From Buchnera aphidicola str. APS (Acyrthosiphon pisum) (GTDB taxonomy: Bacteria; Pseudomonadota; Gammaproteobacteria; Enterobacterales; Enterobacteriaceae), in contig NC_002528.1 in NCBI RefSeq assembly GCF_000009605.1, positions 420,001-452,000 on the forward strand: a stretch of DNA of 32,000 bases, written 5' to 3'. Within the stretch, counting starts at the first letter, position 1. Each line of letters begins with the position of its first letter. The translations under genes were made by a program, and so were the position numbers. The notes under the pieces were generated by a model. That model did not search any database, was not told the DNA's origin, and saw only the letters and a list, made by a program, of their open reading frames with translations. Positions 1 to 10,543 of the stretch are shown one piece after another.

Positions 1-74
1 TATCTCTGAAATATAGAAAAATATTATTACTTTTAAATGTAGTACAATCATGAAAAAATCATTTAATAATACTT

Positions 75-160
75 TGGTACCGAGAATGGGACTCGAACCC
101 ACACGCCTATTCGGCACTACCCCCTCAAGATAGCGTGTCTACCAATTCCACCACCTCGGC
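75..160 (-). tRNA. leuU: tRNA-Leu (anticodon GAG)
   Basis: The reverse complement reads GCCGAGGTGGTGGAATTGGTAGACACGCTATCTTGAGGGGGTAGTGCCGAATAGGCGTGTGGGTTCGAGTCCCATTCTCGGTACCA. It folds as a class II cloverleaf with a long variable arm, anticodon loop TTGAGGG (GAG), T-loop TTCGAGT and an encoded CCA. It sits directly downstream of secG, as in the E. coli secG-leuU operon. Confidence 0.95.
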
Positions 161-205
161 AAAAATGTATTATAATTACATATTTTTTATATTAAATGAA
201 AATAA

Positions 206-535
206 TTAATTAGGTATATCGAGATTTAATTTTTTTTTATCTAAAACATGTTTTTTTGTTATGGTGTTGTTTTGATTATCTTCCCAAAAAAAATCCGAAT
301 CAATTCTTTTACTATTAATATTACACAAAATAATACTTATCAATAAAAAGAAAAAAGCAAGAATTTTAATAATTTTAGTAATAAAATTATTAGTTCCTAT
401 ACTATTAAAAAATTTAATATTATTTTTCGTATGTGAATGAACTGTATTATTCAGTCCTTTTCCCGGTTGAAGTAAAATAAAAAAAATTAAAGAAAAGGAA
501 ATAAAAATAAAAACAATCAAAAAAAATAAATACAT
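206..535 (-). CDS. secG: Protein-export membrane protein SecG
   Basis: 109-aa ORF, close to the E. coli SecG length as I recall it. It has the conserved LLQxGKG motif, two hydrophobic segments and the same C-terminal DIPN as E. coli SecG. It is followed by tRNA-Leu(GAG). Confidence 0.93.
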
Positions 536-796
536 AAAGAGTTATTTCCTTTGTTAAAAAAAATAATTATTAAAATATATTACTGTTTACTTAAATATGC
601 TTTTTTATTAAAAAAAATTTTTATTTTTTATAAAGAATTTATATATAAGATTTTACATATAAATTATCTATTTTTTAAATGATATTGCTTGTCTATTCTA
701 TAAAATATATATTTTTCTATTTTATACTCTGAATAAATAAATAAATGATAATTTCCCAAAATTTATCACAACTATTATTTTTATGAAATATATAAA

Positions 797-2131
797 TTAA
801 AGTAATTTAATAGTTTTTCCAATATATTGAGCTAATTCATAAACTTTTAAATAATCTTCACCTTCTACCATAATTCTAATACATGGTTCTGTACCAGATC
901 GTCGTACTAAAACACGACTATTTTGACCTAAAATATTTTTATATTGAGTGAGAATATTTTGTATTTTTATATCTTTTTCAAAATCTTTATCTTGTTTTAA
1001 AAAAATATTAAGAAAAACTTGAGGAAAAAGTTTTATTTGATTTGATAAATCATATAAAGTCATATGATTATTAATCATAGTTAACAAAACTTGTAAACTA
1101 GCTATAATTCCATCACCAGTAGAATGCTTATCTAACAAAACAATATGTCCTGATTTTTCTGCTCCTAGTATCCACTTTTTTTCTTTAATTTTTTCGTATA
1201 CATTTCGATCCCCTATTTGTGCGGGACAAAAAGGAATTCCAAGTTTTTTTAAACCTAGAATTACACCCATATTAGTCATTGAAGTACCTACAACACCACC
1301 TTTTAATTTATTTTCTTTTAAATATTCTTTTGCAATAATATAAATTATTTGATCTCCATCTACTTGATTTCCTAAATGATCTACCATAATGACACGATCT
1401 CCATCTCCATCAAATGCTAAACCAAGATCAGCTGATTCTGATAAAACTATTTTTTTTAACATCAAGATATTAGTAGATCCTGAATTTTGATTTATATTAA
1501 CTCCATTAGGATTAATAGCAACAGTGATTACCCTTGCTCCTAAATCTTCAAAAATTTTAGGTGCTATCTTAAAAGTTGCACCATTAGCGCAATCTAAAAT
1601 AATAGTAAATTTTGATAAATTTAAATCTTTTGGAAAATTTTTTTTGCAAAAGTCAATATACAGACTTTCAGGATCTAAAATATTATTAGAATGACCAAAA
1701 TTTACATAATCAGGATATAAAAAAGTATGTTGTACTTTTTGCTCAATAGAAAACTCTATTTCTTTAGTTAATTTAACCCCATTTTTATAGAAGATTTTTA
1801 TTCCATTGTCATAAAAAGGATTGTGGGAACCCGAAATAACAATTCCAGCAGAAGCATTTAAAGATTTAGTAAAATAAGAGATGGCTGATGTGGGCATACA
1901 ACCAGCTAGTAAAGTAGATACTCCTGTAGACAAAATACCAAATTCTAAAATAGACTGTAACATGGTTCCAGAAATACGAGTATCTCTTCCAATAATAATT
2001 TTTTGTGTTTTATTTTTACCTAAAACTATTCCAATAGACCATCCTAATTTTAATAAAAAATCAGGTGTTATTGGATTTACTCCTACTTTTCCACGTATAC
2101 CATCTGTTTTAAAATATTGCAAAAAAGTCAT
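797..2131 (-). CDS. glmM: Phosphoglucosamine mutase GlmM
   Basis: 444-aa ORF. It carries the phosphoserine motif GIVISGSHNPFYDNGIK and the metal-binding DGDGDR motif. Its position downstream of ftsH matches E. coli. Confidence 0.96.
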   Translation of the reverse strand: MTFLQYFKTDGIRGKVGVNPITPDFLLKLGWSIGIVLGKNKTQKIIIGRDTRISGTMLQSILEFGILSTGVSTLLAGCMPTSAISYFTKSLNASAGIVISGSHNPFYDNGIKIFYKNGVKLTKEIEFSIEQKVQHTFLYPDYVNFGHSNNILDPESLYIDFCKKNFPKDLNLSKFTIILDCANGATFKIAPKIFEDLGARVITVAINPNGVNINQNSGSTNILMLKKIVLSESADLGLAFDGDGDRVIMVDHLGNQVDGDQIIYIIAKEYLKENKLKGGVVGTSMTNMGVILGLKKLGIPFCPAQIGDRNVYEKIKEKKWILGAEKSGHIVLLDKHSTGDGIIASLQVLLTMINNHMTLYDLSNQIKLFPQVFLNIFLKQDKDFEKDIKIQNILTQYKNILGQNSRVLVRRSGTEPCIRIMVEGEDYLKVYELAQYIGKTIKLL

Positions 2132-2194
2132 AATGATTTCATTCCTGTATTATTGGAAAATAATTATATTTTGCAATAAATATTATTTTTTTAG

Positions 2195-2239
2195 AAAATA
2201 AGATGAAGTTATAGTAATTTTATCACTTCATCTTATTTT
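2195..2239 (-). terminator. Perfect 15-bp inverted repeat (AAAATAAGATGAAGT / ACTTCATCTTATTTT) with a 15-nt loop in the ftsH-glmM spacer; possible intrinsic terminator or attenuator after ftsH
   Basis: The arms at 2195..2209 and 2225..2239 are exact reverse complements. On the minus-strand transcript the 3' arm ends in UUUU. The stem includes G/C pairs in an otherwise AT-only spacer. Confidence 0.4.
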
Positions 2240-2350
2240 AAGATACATTAAATAAAGGAATGTTGAATATTATAAGATTAGTATTTTTTTAAAATAAAAT
2301 TTCTATAAAATACATAAAAAAAAATATTTATATTTCTTAATTAAAAGAAA

Positions 2351-4195
2351 TTATTTATTTGTATCTGTCTCAATCCATCCCTTTGGTTGTCGTACTTCTC
2401 TTCTTTTCATTAAATCATCAATTTGAAATGCATCAATAGTCTCATATTTTATTAATGCTTCTTTCATAGCATGTAATATATCAATATTTTCATTTAAAAT
2501 ATTTCGAGCCCTGCTATAATTTATTTCAATTAACAACTTTACTTCTTCATCAATGATTCTAGCCGTTTCGTCAGACATATGTTTTGCCTTAGCAACCGAA
2601 CGTCCTAAAAATATTTCTCCTTCTTCTTCAGCGTACAATAAAGGTCCTAATTTTTCTGAAAAACCCCATTGAGTTACCATATTTTTCGCTAAGCTTGTAG
2701 CTATTTTAATATCATTATAAGCACCAGTAGAAACATTTTTAGCACCATAAATAATCTCTTCTGCTAAACGTCCACCATATAAAGTAGATATTTGACTTTC
2801 TAATTTTTGACGACTAATACTAAGAGTATCGGATTCTGGTAAAAAAAATGTAACACCAAGTGCTCGTCCTCTAGGAATGATAGTTACTTTATGTGCAGGA
2901 TCATGATCAGGAACCAGTCTTCCAATAATCACATGGCCAGCTTCATGATATGCCGTAGATTCTTTTTGAAAATCACTCATTACCATAGATCTTCGTTCAG
3001 AACCCATCATCATTTTATCTTTTGCTCTTTCAAATTCCAACATAGAAACTACACGTTTATCAAGTCTAGCCGCAAAAAGAGCTGCTTCGTTAACTAAATT
3101 TGCTAAATCAGCACCTGAAAAACCTGGCGTACCTCGTGCAATAATCATAGGATCTACATCTTTAGATAAAGGCACTTTCCTCATATGTACTTTTAAAATT
3201 TGTTCTCTTCCACGAATATCTGGTAATGCGACAATAACTTGACGATCAAAACGACCAGGTCGTAAGAGTGCAGGATCTAAAACATCAGGTCTATTAGTCG
3301 CAGCTATTAAAATAATACCTTCGTTTCCATCAAAACCGTCCATTTCTACTAGCATTTGATTAAGTGTTTGTTCTCTTTCATCATGTCCTCCACCTAATCC
3401 AGCACCTCTTTGACGTCCTACTGCATCAATTTCATCAATAAAAATTATACAAGGTGCAGATTTTCTTGAATGTTCAAACATATCTCTCACTCTTGAAGCA
3501 CCTACTCCAACAAACATTTCAACAAAATCAGATCCAGAAATCGTAAAAAAAGGAACTTTAGCTTCTCCAGCTATTGCTTTTGCCAATAATGTTTTTCCCG
3601 TACCGGGTGGTCCAACCATTAATATACCCTTGGGAATCTTTCCTCCTAATTTTTGAAAACGACTAGGTTCTTTAAGATATTCCACTAATTCACTAACTTC
3701 CTCTTTTGCCTCATCACATCCAGCAACGTCTGCAAAAGTAGTTTGAATTTGATCTTCTGATAGCATACGTGCTTTGCTTTTTCCAAATGACATCGCACCT
3801 TTTCCACCACCCATTTGCATTTGACGCATAAAAAAAATCCAAACACCAATAAGTAATAACATTGGAAACCAAGATATAAGAATAGAAATAAAGAGACTCG
3901 GTTCCTCGGGAATTGCACCGATAATTTTAACTCTTTTCACTAAAAGATTATCTAAGAGTTTAGGATCATTAATAGGAATATAGGTAGTGTATTTACTGCT
4001 ATCTTTTTTAGTAACACTAATCATGCGTCCGTTAATATATGCTTCACGGATTTGATCTTGATTTACTTCTGATAAAAAAGTTGAATAGTCAACTTTATGG
4101 TTATTTACATCATTAGTGTTAAAATTTTGAAAAATAGACATTAATACAACTGTAATAACTAACCAGAAGATAAGGTTTTTAACCATGTCACTCAA
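2351..4195 (-). CDS. ftsH: ATP-dependent zinc metalloprotease FtsH
   Basis: 614-aa ORF with two N-terminal transmembrane segments, Walker A GPPGTGKT, the AAA second region of homology, and the zinc motif HEAGH. Confidence 0.98.
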   Translation of the reverse strand: MSDMVKNLIFWLVITVVLMSIFQNFNTNDVNNHKVDYSTFLSEVNQDQIREAYINGRMISVTKKDSSKYTTYIPINDPKLLDNLLVKRVKIIGAIPEEPSLFISILISWFPMLLLIGVWIFFMRQMQMGGGKGAMSFGKSKARMLSEDQIQTTFADVAGCDEAKEEVSELVEYLKEPSRFQKLGGKIPKGILMVGPPGTGKTLLAKAIAGEAKVPFFTISGSDFVEMFVGVGASRVRDMFEHSRKSAPCIIFIDEIDAVGRQRGAGLGGGHDEREQTLNQMLVEMDGFDGNEGIILIAATNRPDVLDPALLRPGRFDRQVIVALPDIRGREQILKVHMRKVPLSKDVDPMIIARGTPGFSGADLANLVNEAALFAARLDKRVVSMLEFERAKDKMMMGSERRSMVMSDFQKESTAYHEAGHVIIGRLVPDHDPAHKVTIIPRGRALGVTFFLPESDTLSISRQKLESQISTLYGGRLAEEIIYGAKNVSTGAYNDIKIATSLAKNMVTQWGFSEKLGPLLYAEEEGEIFLGRSVAKAKHMSDETARIIDEEVKLLIEINYSRARNILNENIDILHAMKEALIKYETIDAFQIDDLMKRREVRQPKGWIETDTNK

Positions 4196-4251
4196 AGGAA
4201 CAACCTCTCATTGAATCTATATTTTAAAAACAACACAGACTATTATAATAT

Positions 4252-4872
4252 TTATCTGGTTGCCAGAATGAATATCTCTCGAGATCTTGTTCGAGAAGTT
4301 TTAGGTTTGCAAATTTTAATTTTTTTAAATAACATTTTAATTTCTTTATACAATTCATTAAAACCCTCTCCCTGAAATGATTTTAACAAAAAAATACCAT
4401 TTTTAGATAAAACATGTTCTGATATTTTTAATGCTAACTTGCATAACTCAATAATACGCGGCATATCAATAGAAAAATTCCCTGTTATATTAGGAGCCAT
4501 ATCTGACATAACTAAATGAAATGTAATATTGCTAAAAGTATTTAGCATTAAATTGAGTGTTTTTTTATTACGAAAATCTCCTTGAAAAATATCAACACCT
4601 GTTATTGGTCTAATAGGTAATATATCACAAGCTATAATACGTCCCTTTTTTCCTATTCTATTACTGGCATATTGTGACCAACTTCCAGGAGCAGCGCCTA
4701 AATCAATAACATTCATACCAATTTTAAATATTTTATTATTTTTGTCTAATTGTTCTAATTTAAACCAAGCTCTTGAACGTATATTATTTTTTTTTGCTGC
4801 CTTGACATATTGATCTTGAAAATGTTCTAATAACCAACGATTTGAACGATGTTTTTTTTTTTGAACAATCAT
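4252..4872 (-). CDS. rlmE: 23S rRNA (U2552 2'-O)-methyltransferase RlmE (FtsJ)
   Basis: 206-aa ORF with the SAM-binding motif DLGAAPGSWSQ. It lies immediately upstream of ftsH on the same strand, as in E. coli. Confidence 0.95.
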   Translation of the reverse strand: MIVQKKKHRSNRWLLEHFQDQYVKAAKKNNIRSRAWFKLEQLDKNNKIFKIGMNVIDLGAAPGSWSQYASNRIGKKGRIIACDILPIRPITGVDIFQGDFRNKKTLNLMLNTFSNITFHLVMSDMAPNITGNFSIDMPRIIELCKLALKISEHVLSKNGIFLLKSFQGEGFNELYKEIKMLFKKIKICKPKTSRTRSREIFILATR

Positions 4873-4945
4873 GTTTTCTCTATTTTAAAATCAATTTTTC
4901 AATAAAAATTTTAATAAAACTAAATCATTTTAAAATTTTTTAAAA

Positions 4946-5425
4946 TTATATGTAATTTATCTTTAAAATTTTATATTCAACATCACCTCCTGGTGTACAT
5001 ATGATTACAACATCATTAATTTCTTTTCCAATAAGACCTCTTGCTATTGGAGAATTAATAGAAATTAAATTTTTTTTAAAATCAGATTCATCATCGCCTA
5101 CAATCCGATAGGTAAACTTTTCATTGTTTTTAATATTTAAAATACTAACAGTAGAACCAAAAATTACTCTGCCATTATTAGATATTTTTGTTACATCTAT
5201 AATTTGAGAATTAGATAGTTTTAATTCAATTTCTTTAATACGTCCTTCACAGAAACTCTGTTCTTCACGAGCTGAATGATATTCAGCATTCTCTTTTAAA
5301 TCACCATGTTCTCTAGCTTCTGCTATTGCTGCAATAATACGAGGACGATTTATACTTTTTAATTTTTTTAGTTCTCGACGAAGTTTTTCAGCCCCTCTTA
5401 CAGTCATTGGAATTAGATTAATCAT
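4946..5425 (-). CDS. greA: Transcription elongation factor GreA
   Basis: 159-aa ORF. The N-terminal coiled-coil sequence (PMTxxGAEKLRxEL...REHGDLSENAEYHxAREEQ pattern) and the C-terminal globular domain match GreA. Confidence 0.95.
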   Translation of the reverse strand: MINLIPMTVRGAEKLRRELKKLKSINRPRIIAAIAEAREHGDLKENAEYHSAREEQSFCEGRIKEIELKLSNSQIIDVTKISNNGRVIFGSTVSILNIKNNEKFTYRIVGDDESDFKKNLISINSPIARGLIGKEINDVVIICTPGGDVEYKILKINYI

Positions 5426-5948
5426 ATTAATACTCCATCATTTTTTATTTAATATTTCACCATAATATCTAAAAAATAAAAATATTTTTTAAAATTCAAA
5501 AAAATGTTAAATTGTCTTATTGTGTTTGATAAGATTATAGCTTTATATAATTTTTACTATTAGCTTTCTATTTTAGATATTTAAAACTTTTTAAATAGAA
5601 AACCATAAAAATATAGCTTTATTTTAAAAAGATCTAATAAAATCAGATAAATTATATAAAAAGATATTTAAAAAATATAAAAAAAATTAAATTTATTTAA
5701 TAAATTACTTAAAACTTATTTTTATAAAATTTAATAATTTTTTACAAAAAAGATATCTTTTAAGATTGAAATATATCTATCTATTTTAAAGTAAAAAATA
5801 TAATTTATCAAAACTTTAAAAATTTAGTTATATATTCATCTATTCTCGTTTGACTTAATAACCTATATTTTCACTTAATAAGCAAATATTAATTATTTTT
5901 AATATTTTCATAGAATAGTGAAATATCTAATTAAAAGTAAATTTTAAA

Positions 5949-6191
5949 ATGGACAATCAAGAAATAAAATTATTACTTATTAAAAAATTAAATTTAGAAC
6001 AAGCTAATATTACAGGAGACAGCAATCATATAAAAATAATTGCTATAGGAAATATTTTCAAAAATGTCAGCCAAGTAAAAAGACAACAAATAATTTATGC
6101 CCCTTTAATAGATATGATTAAAGAAAAACATATTCATGCTGTATCTATAATGTCCTATACACCGGAAGAATGGGAAAAAACAAAAAAATAA
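5949..6191 (+). CDS. ibaG: BolA-family protein IbaG (YrbA)
   Basis: 80-aa ORF that aligns over its full length with E. coli YrbA (VSGDxSH, VKRQQ, IHAVSI..YTPEEW). It lies directly upstream of murA, as in E. coli. Confidence 0.9.
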   Translation: MDNQEIKLLLIKKLNLEQANITGDSNHIKIIAIGNIFKNVSQVKRQQIIYAPLIDMIKEKHIHAVSIMSYTPEEWEKTKK

Positions 6192-6252
6192 ATATTTCTA
6201 ATGATCTATTGAAATAAAAATTATATTAATACATACAGAGATTAATGGATAC

Positions 6253-7503
6253 ATGGAAAAATTATACGTAGAAGGAAATAAAATATTAAATGGCCATGTT
6301 ATCATTTCTGGTTCTAAAAACGCGGCTTTACCTATTTTATTTATGACTATATTAACAGAAGGAAAAATAAAAATCGGAAATATTCCGAATTTAACGGACA
6401 TTAACATAGCACTTAAATTGCTAGTATATTTAGGAGTAAAAATAACAGGAAACGAAACATTATGTATTGATGCTAGTTCGATAAATATTTTTTGTCCTCC
6501 ATACAATTTAATCAATAAAATCAGAGCTTCTATCTGGATGTTAGGTCCTCTTTTAGCTCGTTTTGGCAAAGCTAAAATATTTTTACCTGGAGGATGTAAA
6601 ATTGGCAGTAGACCTATAGATTTACATTTAAATGGTTTAACACAATTAGGTGCAACAATTAACTTAAAAAATAACTGTATTGATGCTTATGTTAAAGGAC
6701 GTTTACAAGGAAAATACATTTTAATGGAAAAAATTAGTGTTGGTGCTACCATTACAATTATGAGTGCAGCCACTTTAGCGAAAGGCTCTACAATTATTGA
6801 TAACGCCGCTTGCGAACCAGAAATTGTTGATATTGCAAAGTTTTTAAATACCTTAGGAGCTGATATTATTGGGGCAGGAAGTAATAAAATATGTATTAAA
6901 GGCGTCTTAAAATTAACTGGTGGTACACATCAAGTCATTCCTGATAGAATTGAAACAGGAACATTTTTAGTTGCTGCGGCAGCCTCTCAAGGTCATATTA
7001 CTTGTCATAAGACTGAACCTAAACATTTAACAAATGTATTGATGAAACTAACTGAAGCCGGAGCAAAAATAAAAACAGGAAAAGATTGGATTAAATTAGA
7101 CATGAGAGGTAAAAGACCTAAATCTTTAAATATTTGCACTGCTCCTTATCCTGGATTTCCAACAGATATGCAGGCTCAATTTGCTCTATTAAACAGTATT
7201 TCTAAAGGCATAGGTACTATTACTGAAACCATATTTGAAAACCGTTTTATTTACACCTCTGAATTAATTAGGATGGGAGCTAAAATAAAAATTAAAAATA
7301 ACACCATTATATGTTATGGAATACCTAAATTAATATCTTCTAATGTCTTTTCTAGTGATTTAAGAGCATCAGCAACATTAATATTAGCAGGATGTATTGC
7401 GGCAGGTATAACAATAGTTAATCATACTTATCATCTTGTCAGAGGATATGAATCATTTCCTAAAAAATTAAATAAGATAGGAGCTAATATTAAGATAATA
7501 TAG
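6253..7503 (+). CDS. murA: UDP-N-acetylglucosamine 1-carboxyvinyltransferase MurA
   Basis: 416-aa ORF with the active-site cysteine context LPGGCKIGSRPIDLH and full-length similarity to MurA. Confidence 0.97.
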   Translation: MEKLYVEGNKILNGHVIISGSKNAALPILFMTILTEGKIKIGNIPNLTDINIALKLLVYLGVKITGNETLCIDASSINIFCPPYNLINKIRASIWMLGPLLARFGKAKIFLPGGCKIGSRPIDLHLNGLTQLGATINLKNNCIDAYVKGRLQGKYILMEKISVGATITIMSAATLAKGSTIIDNAACEPEIVDIAKFLNTLGADIIGAGSNKICIKGVLKLTGGTHQVIPDRIETGTFLVAAAASQGHITCHKTEPKHLTNVLMKLTEAGAKIKTGKDWIKLDMRGKRPKSLNICTAPYPGFPTDMQAQFALLNSISKGIGTITETIFENRFIYTSELIRMGAKIKIKNNTIICYGIPKLISSNVFSSDLRASATLILAGCIAAGITIVNHTYHLVRGYESFPKKLNKIGANIKII

Positions 7504-7641
7504 ATATAATCAATTTTTTCTATAATATTTAACAAAATTTTGAATAATAATATTCTTTATTAAAAATGTTTTTTTAAAAAATTTAATGATTTTTTGTAAA
7601 AACATTATAAAAATATAATTATTAAATAACTGGAGTGTTTT

Positions 7642-7968
7642 ATGTATGCAGTTTTTATAAGTGGTGGAAAACAATATCGAGTAGTTAAAAATCAAATTAT
7701 TAGATTAGAGAAATTAAACAGTCCACTAGGAACAACAATAGAATTTGATAAGATTTTAATGCTTTTTGATAAAGATTCTATAAAAATTGGAACCCCTTTT
7801 GTAGAAGGAGGAACAATAAAAGCTCATATTCAAAATCATGGTCGTCTTAAAAAAATTAAAATAATTAAATTTAATCGTCGTAAACATTATAAAAAACAGC
7901 AAGGTCATCGTCAATATTTTACCGACGTAAAAATCATAGATATTAATAGTATTAAAGGAGAAGTTTAA
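7642..7968 (+). CDS. rplU: 50S ribosomal protein L21
   Basis: 108-aa ORF starting [14 protein letters not shown]. A GGAG Shine-Dalgarno lies 6-7 nt upstream, and rpmA follows. Confidence 0.97.
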   Translation: MYAVFISGGKQYRVVKNQIIRLEKLNSPLGTTIEFDKILMLFDKDSIKIGTPFVEGGTIKAHIQNHGRLKKIKIIKFNRRKHYKKQQGHRQYFTDVKIIDINSIKGEV

Positions 7969-7972
7969 ATAA

Positions 7973-8227
7973 ATGGCACACAAAAAAGCTGGTGGTTCTA
8001 CTAGAAATGGACGAGATTCTAATGCTCAAAGATTGGGTGTTAAATGTTTTGGGGGGCAATTAATCTCAGCAGGCAGTATAATTGTAAAACAACGTGGGAC
8101 AAAATTTCATCCTGGTAAAAATGTAGGATGTGGGAAAGATCACACTATTTTTGCAATAGTAAAAGGAAAAGTGGAATTTAAAAAAAAAGGATTAAAAAAA
8201 AGAACATACATAAACATTATAAATTAG
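7973..8227 (+). CDS. rpmA: 50S ribosomal protein L27
   Basis: 84-aa ORF starting [16 protein letters not shown], with QRGTKFHPG further in. Confidence 0.98.
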   Translation: MAHKKAGGSTRNGRDSNAQRLGVKCFGGQLISAGSIIVKQRGTKFHPGKNVGCGKDHTIFAIVKGKVEFKKKGLKKRTYINIIN

Positions 8228-8247
8228 ACATGTTATTTATATAAACA

Positions 8248-8277
8248 AACCCCTTTTCAAGGGGTTCTATCTTTTTT
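8248..8277 (+). terminator. Rho-independent terminator after rplU-rpmA
   Basis: An 8-bp stem AACCCCTT / AAGGGGTT (8248..8255 and 8259..8266) with a 3-nt loop, followed by CTATCTTTTTT. It starts 21 nt after the rpmA stop. Confidence 0.75.
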
Positions 8278-8375
8278 ATCAAAATATAAGATATAAAAAG
8301 TTAATAAATTTCGTAAATATAAGTATTAAATGTCAAAATGCTTACTAATAATGATGGAATATTAAAAACGGATAA

Positions 8376-9383
<1,008 letters not shown>

Positions 9384-9421
9384 AAAAGAACTCGGTTCAT
9401 TAAGAAAACCAAGTTCTTTTT
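9384..9421. terminator. Bidirectional hairpin terminator between convergent obgE and rpsI
   Basis: A 14-bp stem with one mismatch: AAAAGAACTCGGTT (9384..9397) against AACCAAGTTCTTTT (9407..9420), with a 9-nt loop. T-runs follow the stem on both strands. Confidence 0.65.
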
Positions 9422-9450
9422 AATCAAAACTACTTACATCTTGTTCAAGT

Positions 9451-9843
9451 TTAACGTTTAGAAAATTGCGGACGTTTTCTAGCTTTTCGGAAACCGACTT
9501 TTTTACGTTCAACTTGACGCGAATCACGTGTTACAAATCCAGCTTTTCTTAATTCAAAACGCAATGTTTGATTATATTTAATTAAAGCACGAGTAATACC
9601 TTGACGAATTGCACCTGCTTGACCAGAAATACCTCCTCCTTTTACCGTGATATAAATATTAAATTTGTCTACCATGTCTACTAATTCTAATGGTTGACGT
9701 ACAATCATACAAGAAGTTTCACGACCAAAATATTCGTTTAAAGAACGTTTGTTGACAACAATCTCTCCATTACCAGATCTAAGAAATACTCTAGCAGAAG
9801 AGCTTTTACGACGACCGGTACCATAGTTTTGAGTTTGAATCAT
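9451..9843 (-). CDS. rpsI: 30S ribosomal protein S9
   Basis: 130-aa ORF ending in the RKxPQFSKR signature. It lies downstream of rplM. Confidence 0.98.
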   Translation of the reverse strand: MIQTQNYGTGRRKSSSARVFLRSGNGEIVVNKRSLNEYFGRETSCMIVRQPLELVDMVDKFNIYITVKGGGISGQAGAIRQGITRALIKYNQTLRFELRKAGFVTRDSRQVERKKVGFRKARKRPQFSKR

Positions 9844-9863
9844 TTATTTTATATACCTTTCTG

Positions 9864-10292
9864 TCAAATATTTAATAATTGAGGACACTGAGCTATATGT
9901 TCATGATTTTCATTAGAAAAAACTTTTAACTTTTTAAACATAGAACGTCCTAGAGCACCTTTTGGAAGCATACCTTTTACAGCAATTTCAATAACTCTTT
10001 CTGGATGACTAGAAATCATTTCTTCAAATCTAGATTGTTTTATACCACCTACGTAACCTGTATGATGATAATAAATTTTATTAATCCTTTTATTTCCTGT
10101 GACTAATATTTTAGAAGCATTTATAACGATGATATAATCACCAGTATCAAGATGCGGAGTATATTCTGTCTTATGTTTCCCTCTAAGATGAAACGATAAT
10201 GCACTTGCTAATCGGCCTAATATTTTATTTGTGGCATCTACATAATACCAATGTCTTTTAATATTACTTGATTTAATTGAAAAAGTTTTCAT
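9864..10292 (-). CDS. rplM: 50S ribosomal protein L13
   Basis: 142-aa ORF with the WYxVDA..xxLGRLAS signature, in the rplM-rpsI operon arrangement. Confidence 0.98.
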   Translation of the reverse strand: MKTFSIKSSNIKRHWYYVDATNKILGRLASALSFHLRGKHKTEYTPHLDTGDYIIVINASKILVTGNKRINKIYYHHTGYVGGIKQSRFEEMISSHPERVIEIAVKGMLPKGALGRSMFKKLKVFSNENHEHIAQCPQLLNI

Positions 10293-10543
10293 ATAAAATC
10301 TACTTAAATGTGATTATTTATATAGAAAATAATACTATGATTGGCATTAATAAGATATAGTAAACATATTTTACTAAAATATATTTTTAAAGTATTTATA
10401 TATATCATTTCTAGAATTAAATTAATTAAATCAATCATATTTTTAATAATGATATATATTTTTCTGTATTAACTTTATAAAAAATTTTTATAAATATTCT
10501 ATTTTATATTCAGATACATTATATCTTTTATAGGTAATAAATT

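Noticed and set aside
1881-2201. A 106-aa plus-strand ORF overlapping the glmM 5' region.
   Set aside because: It lies antisense to a well-supported, full-length glmM. The composition is low-complexity with no recognisable motif, and it runs into the spacer. It is a typical shadow ORF.
2891-3918. ORFs 2891..3097 (+) and 3685..3918 (-) inside ftsH.
   Set aside because: Both lie entirely within the ftsH coding region, one antisense and one in an alternative frame. Neither has a Shine-Dalgarno or any recognisable domain. FtsH is conserved over its full length in its own frame.
6198-6569. A 123-aa minus-strand ORF overlapping the murA start.
   Set aside because: It is antisense to murA and its hydrophobic, low-complexity sequence is generated by AT-rich codons. 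It has no homology that I recognise.
7510-7983. ORFs 7510..7695 (-) and 7756..7983 (-) around rplU.
   Set aside because: Both are antisense to rplU and its promoter region. They are Ile/Phe/Lys/Asn-rich products expected by chance in AT-rich DNA.
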